From NCBI GenBank assembly GCA_036229005.1, contig JAZAMN010000020.1, positions 96,001-160,000 on the forward strand: a stretch of 64,000 bases of DNA. The letters are read 5' to 3'. Shown one piece after another: positions 59,622 through 64,000 of the stretch (position 1 is the stretch's first letter; the number at the start of each line of letters is the position of its first letter). Under the pieces are notes generated by a model. It was not told the DNA's origin. It saw only the letters and a list, made by a program, of their open reading frames with translations, and ran no database searches. The stretch is from Myxococcota bacterium. Lineage in GTDB: Bacteria > Myxococcota_A > UBA796 > CAJQPC01. The position numbers and the translations under genes are program-made.

Positions 59622-61118
59622 TCAAGCCTCCCGAAAGTCGGAGAAGTAGTCGATGCGCCGCCGATCCACGCTGGCCGGCCGCGTGCGCGGGCGCGCCCAC
59701 TCCCGCAGCTCCTTGAGGCGGTCGTCCATGGTCACGGCCAGGGGGACGGTGTCCCGGATCACCCGCGTCAGGTCGCGCTCCGTGAGCTCCCGGCCCTCGG
59801 CGAAGGCGTTGAACAGCGCCTCGACCACCACCTGCTCCAGCTCCGCGCCGGAGTACTTCTCCGTCTCCTCGGCCGCCTGGTAGAGGTCGTAGTCGGCGGG
59901 GTCCCGGCCCCGGCCGCGCAGGTGGATCTCCAGGATCGACAGGCGCTCGTGCACGCTGGGCAGATCCACAAAGAAGATCTCGTCGAACCTGCCCTTTCGC
60001 AGAAGCTCAGGGGGCAGCATCCGCACCTCGTTCGCGGTCGCGACCACAAAGACGGGCGCGGTCTTCTCCTGCAGCCAGGTGAGGAAGGTGCCGAAAGCGG
60101 CTCCCCCCGTCCCTCCCTCGAAGCCCTTCTCCAGCTCGTCGATCCAGAGCACGGCCGGCGCGATGGACTCGGCGATGCGGATGGTGTCCCGCAGCCCCTC
60201 TTCGACCCGGCCCCCCGCCTGGAAGACCGCGCCCACATCCAAGCGCAGCAGCGGGATCTGGAAGCTGCCCGCGACCGCCTTGGCCATCAGCGACTTTCCA
60301 CAGCCCTGCACGCCCAGCAGGAACACGCCCTTGGGCTCGGGCAGGCCAAAGTCCCGGGCGTCCTGACCGAAGGCCTTGCCTCGGCGCTCCAGCCACAGCT
60401 TGAGCTCGGAGAGCCCGCCCACCGAGCCCATGTCGCCCACCCGCTCGTAGAACTCCAGGAAGCGGGAGCGGCGGATCGCCTGACGCTTGGCCTCGGCCAG
60501 CTCCTGCAGCGCCGACTCGTCAAAGCGGCCGCCGTCCAGCAGGATGCGCGTGTAGCTGCGCTTGATCTCCTTCTCGGTGAGCCCCAGCGACGACTTCACG
60601 ATCCGCTCGGCGCGCTCCGGGGGCACCGGGATCCCCTGCTGCTTGAGCAGCACGCTCAGCAGGCGCGCGACCTCCTCCCGACCGGGCAGGGGCACGTCCA
60701 GGAGCATCAGGTCCTTCTCCAGGGCCTGGGGCACGCTCAGGGTCGGGGACAGGAAGAGGAGGGACTGTTCACGCGCTCCCAGCTTTGGCTCCAGATCCCT
60801 GAGCAGGCGGACCACCCTCGGACTGCGCAGGGACTCCCCGGCATCGACGAGGACAACGAGTCCCGCTTGGGTCAGCGCCTGCCCGATGTGCCCCAGCGCG
60901 GCCTCGAGCGCCTGGGTGTCGGGCACCACCACGCCGCCTTGCTCCAGGCCCGTGGTCGCCCGCCAGCGCCACAGCTCCAGCTTCTGCTCGCGGGCAGATC
61001 GGGCCAGGGCCCGCTCGACGCGGGCCTCTTCGTAGGAGAGCAACCCCACCAGCGGGTTGCGCGAGCGGCGCAGCAGGTGCACGCGATCCAGGAGCGCTTT
61101 CATGAACTGAGAGTACAC
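59622..61118 (-). CDS. Ycf46-like AAA ATPase
   Basis: [41 protein letters not shown]. Confidence 0.9.
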   Translation of the reverse strand: MYSQFMKALLDRVHLLRRSRNPLVGLLSYEEARVERALARSAREQKLELWRWRATTGLEQGGVVVPDTQALEAALGHIGQALTQAGLVVLVDAGESLRSPRVVRLLRDLEPKLGAREQSLLFLSPTLSVPQALEKDLMLLDVPLPGREEVARLLSVLLKQQGIPVPPERAERIVKSSLGLTEKEIKRSYTRILLDGGRFDESALQELAEAKRQAIRRSRFLEFYERVGDMGSVGGLSELKLWLERRGKAFGQDARDFGLPEPKGVFLLGVQGCGKSLMAKAVAGSFQIPLLRLDVGAVFQAGGRVEEGLRDTIRIAESIAPAVLWIDELEKGFEGGTGGAAFGTFLTWLQEKTAPVFVVATANEVRMLPPELLRKGRFDEIFFVDLPSVHERLSILEIHLRGRGRDPADYDLYQAAEETEKYSGAELEQVVVEALFNAFAEGRELTERDLTRVIRDTVPLAVTMDDRLKELREWARPRTRPASVDRRRIDYFSDFREA

Positions 61119-61165
61119 CGGGATGGGCGCGGCGTTAGCATCCCCGCCACTCCCCGGAGACCGCC

Positions 61166-62167
61166 ATGCGCGTCGGTATCGCCATCACCCGCGCGGCCAA
61201 CATCCAGACCGGCTGGACCAGCGCCCACATCATCCAAGGCCTGCTCCAGGCGGGCGTGAGCGTGCGGCTCATCGAGCCCTGGGACTTCGAGGTGGACCCC
61301 AAGGGCAAGCTCGTCGCCCGGGCCTTCGCCCTGGACCCGCGCGATCGCCCAATCTCCCGCGAGGAGATCTGCACCCTGCTGCAGACTCGGCGCACGCGCC
61401 GCTGCTTTGTGGAGGTGACCGACCTGGATCTCCTGCTGATCCGCATCAACCCCATGGACACCTCGGTGCTCACCTGGGCCCTGCGCGCCCAGCAGGCCGG
61501 CGTCCAGGTCATCAACCCGCCCCAGGGGCTGCTGCTGACCTCGCACAAGGGCTGGCTGGCCTCCCTGGCCGACGTGCCCCGCCCCCGGACCCTGGTGAGC
61601 CGATCCCGCGGGACCGCCCACGCCTTCGCCTCGGACATGCCCCGGGGCGTCGTGGTCAAGCCGGCGCGCGCCAGCGGGGGCAAGTCCATCCACCGGGTGC
61701 GCCGCGGCTACCCCGAGCTCCTGGATCAGGCCCTGGACGAGGTCCAGAAGGTGGGCGACCGCTACGTCGTGATCCAGGAGTACCTGCCCGAGGCCAAAGA
61801 CGGCGAGAAGCGCCTGGTCTGGCTGGATGGCCAGCTCCTGGGGGGCTACCGCCGCGAGCGGGCGCCGGGGGAGTTCCGCCACAACCTCAAGCAGGGCGCA
61901 ATCCCCCACGCCATCACCCTCCAGGAGGAGGACTACAGCATCGTCCGCGCGCTGAACCCACACCTGCTCGCGGCGGGCATCTGGCTCGCTGGGATCGACG
62001 TGATCGGCGGCAAGGTCATCGAGGTCAACACCCTCAACCCGGGGGGCCTGCACCTGGCCCAGTCCTTCGCCGATGGCCAAGACCTTGTGGCGCCCGTGGT
62101 CAGTTCGTTGTTAGGCCGGATGGGACCTCCATCTCCAGATGAGGTCGAGCAAGCTGCTGATCGCTGA
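61166..62167 (+). CDS. glutathione synthetase-like ATP-grasp ligase
   Basis: N.P.GL, VVKP...GG, QEYLP.A..G.KR, EFR.N...G, GIDVIG...EVN. Confidence 0.8.
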   Translation: MRVGIAITRAANIQTGWTSAHIIQGLLQAGVSVRLIEPWDFEVDPKGKLVARAFALDPRDRPISREEICTLLQTRRTRRCFVEVTDLDLLLIRINPMDTSVLTWALRAQQAGVQVINPPQGLLLTSHKGWLASLADVPRPRTLVSRSRGTAHAFASDMPRGVVVKPARASGGKSIHRVRRGYPELLDQALDEVQKVGDRYVVIQEYLPEAKDGEKRLVWLDGQLLGGYRRERAPGEFRHNLKQGAIPHAITLQEEDYSIVRALNPHLLAAGIWLAGIDVIGGKVIEVNTLNPGGLHLAQSFADGQDLVAPVVSSLLGRMGPPSPDEVEQAADR

Positions 62168-62192
62168 AAAACCGCTGAAACACGGAGCAGAA

Positions 62193-62651
62193 ATGAGGAC
62201 CAGCACGGGCGCCACCAAGCGCCGCCGCCGCGACGAGGACATGGCCCCGACCAGCCTCACCCGCAAGCAGGTCATGGACGCTCTCCGCAAGGGTCGCTCC
62301 CTGGTGGAGGCCGATCTCCGAGGCGCCGACCTCACCGGCCTCAACTTCGACGGCCGCGACCTCAGCTTCACCAAGCTGGCGGACGCCAACCTCTCCAACT
62401 GCACCTTCAAGGGTGCCCGCCTGGAGGGCGCCAGCATGTGGCACGCCAACCTCCAGGACGCCGTGCTGGACGAGGCCGTGCTCGACTTCGCCGACCTGGA
62501 CTGCGCCAACATCGACGGCTGCCGCTTCCGCGGCGCCCGCATCCGCAAGACCATCCTGCCCAACCCCCGGGTCAGCCTGGCTCAGGTCGAGAGCAGCATC
62601 CGCACCGGCGAGACCATCCGCCTCCCCCAGGAGGAGCTGGACTTCGAGTAG
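62193..62651 (+). CDS. pentapeptide repeat protein
   Basis: Repeated A(D/N)LXX units; start codon uncertain. Confidence 0.88.
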   Translation: MRTSTGATKRRRRDEDMAPTSLTRKQVMDALRKGRSLVEADLRGADLTGLNFDGRDLSFTKLADANLSNCTFKGARLEGASMWHANLQDAVLDEAVLDFADLDCANIDGCRFRGARIRKTILPNPRVSLAQVESSIRTGETIRLPQEELDFE

Positions 62652-62679
62652 GTCCCGCCCCTTGCTTCCCAACAGGATT

Positions 62680-62705
62680 GGCCCGCAAGTTCGCGGGCCT
62701 TTCTT
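62680..62705 (+). terminator. intrinsic terminator
   Basis: GGCCCGC-AAGTTC-GCGGGCC-TTTCTT. Confidence 0.65.
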
Positions 62706-62732
62706 GCGTTCGGGGGGGCGGGGTGTTTTTCT

Positions 62733-62759
62733 GGAACCCCAACGCCCGTCCACGGTCAA
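62733..62759 (+). promoter_or_regulatory. putative autoregulatory ECF (RpoE-type) promoter
   Basis: GGAACC-N16-GTCAA directly upstream of the ECF sigma gene. Confidence 0.55.
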
Positions 62760-62786
62760 TGCACTTCGGAGGCCACGCGCCCACCC

Positions 62787-63413
62787 ATGATTGCCCTACT
62801 CCTCGCCATGGTCCACCGGCCGACGGATGCGGAGCTGGTGCAGCGCTTCAAGGAAGGTGACCGAAACGCATACTCCGAGCTTGTACGGCGCTACCAGAAC
62901 CGGGTGTTCACGCTGTGCCTGCGCTACCTGCGCGGTGACCGGGAGGTCGCCGAAGAGGTCGCCCAGGACGTGTTCATGGCCCTGTTCAAGGCGCTCGGTG
63001 AGTTCCGCGGCGACGCAAAGTTGAGCACCTGGATCTACCGGGTGACCATCAACCACTGCAAGAACCGCAGCCTCTACCGCAAGCGACGAGCGCACGGTCG
63101 CCACGAATCCATCGACGGCATTCCGGAGGATGACGACAAGCCACAACGACAGCTCGCAGACGAGAGCAGCCCTGGCTCCGACGCCAGCGTCCACCAGCGG
63201 GAGGCCAAGGCCTTCCTGCAGGAAGCACTGGACGCCATGGACGAGGAGCAGCGCCAGATCATCGTCCTGCGGGACATCGAAGACCTGAGCTACGAGGAGA
63301 TCAGCGAGCTGCTGGATCTGCCCAAGGGGACCGTCAAGTCGCGGCTCCACCGGGCCCGCGCCGAGCTGGCCAAGAAGCTCAACCGCCGCCTCTCCCTGGC
63401 CGACGTCGTCTGA
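62787..63413 (+). CDS. ECF RNA polymerase sigma factor (RpoE/SigW-like)
   Basis: D.ELV, AEEVAQDVF, FRGDAK.STWIYR...N, LSYEEI..GTVKSRLHRAR; true start may be the second Met. Confidence 0.95.
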   Translation: MIALLLAMVHRPTDAELVQRFKEGDRNAYSELVRRYQNRVFTLCLRYLRGDREVAEEVAQDVFMALFKALGEFRGDAKLSTWIYRVTINHCKNRSLYRKRRAHGRHESIDGIPEDDDKPQRQLADESSPGSDASVHQREAKAFLQEALDAMDEEQRQIIVLRDIEDLSYEEISELLDLPKGTVKSRLHRARAELAKKLNRRLSLADVV

Positions 63414-63422
63414 AAGAACACC

Positions 63423-64000
63423 ATGGCAAACACCGACACCCGCATTCACGACTACCTGGACGGCGAGCTCTCGCCGGCGCAGGCCTCTGCCTTCGAGGCG
63501 GAGCTGGCCCGGGATCCCGCCCTCAAGGCCCAGGTAGAAAGCCTCCAGAGTGTGGTCGAGCTCCTGCACCGCGAGGGCCCCGTCAAGGCGCCCCAGGGCT
63601 TCCACGAGCGCGTGATGGCCGAGCTCGCCACCGAGCCCATGCCCCAGGTCGGGCTCTGGGACCGCGTGCGCAGCTTCTTCCGCAGCCTGCCCATGGAGAC
63701 CGTCGCGATGGCCGTCGCGGCCGCGATCGTGCTCGTGCTGGTCGGCCGCCTGGTCCCCACCGGCGTCGAGGAGCCCGCCCCCAGCCCCATGACCACCGAG
63801 GGTGAGGCCCTCACCCAGACCGAGCGCGCCCCCGAGCAGGAGGCCGAGGCCCCCGCCTCCCCCACCGAGCCCGCGGTCGCCGACCTGGAGCCCGAGACCG
63901 AGAAGGCCGCCGAGAAGGACCCCTTCATGGAGGTCGCCAAGGTCCTGGAGCCCGGCCCCGCCGAGCAGGCCGCCGGCCGCGCCGCCCCCAGTGATGCCGT
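63423..64000 (+). CDS. membrane-anchored anti-sigma factor (partial, runs off the window end)
   Basis: IHDYLDGELS...FEAELARDP; one TM helix; follows the ECF sigma gene. Confidence 0.85.
   Translation, partial: MANTDTRIHDYLDGELSPAQASAFEAELARDPALKAQVESLQSVVELLHREGPVKAPQGFHERVMAELATEPMPQVGLWDRVRSFFRSLPMETVAMAVAAAIVLVLVGRLVPTGVEEPAPSPMTTEGEALTQTERAPEQEAEAPASPTEPAVADLEPETEKAAEKDPFMEVAKVLEPGPAEQAAGRAAPSDA

Overview
High-GC bacterial chromosomal segment, most likely Myxococcota (MYXO-CTERM tail, MopE-like repeat lipoprotein, Ser/Thr kinase-PEGA, GldAFG-type ABC; taxon is inferred). Roughly 60 genes. Housekeeping and stress genes include katG, ppk2, crcB, pspA-like, gpsA, gshB-like, a CobW GTPase and an ECF sigma/anti-sigma pair, alongside many lipoproteins. 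No rRNA, tRNA, CRISPR array or transposase was seen. The most notable observations are: (1) an unannotated selenoprotein split by the ORF caller, with a TUGGC motif and a SECIS-like hairpin (48934..49446); (2) four intergenic elements built from two head-to-head arrays of a bipartite motif at an exact 31-bp pitch, in three sequence variants; (3) a 225-bp tandem repeat array with GNA-loop hairpins upstream of an LRR gene; (4) a pair of Era-like GTPases that both carry GKD in G1 and NTPG in G3; (5) a dispersed multi-hairpin 3' element present twice; (6) very short signal peptides lacking an n-region; and (7) a class II aldolase with a microcompartment-encapsulation-like tail. All family assignments come from motif recognition by eye; no database search was run.
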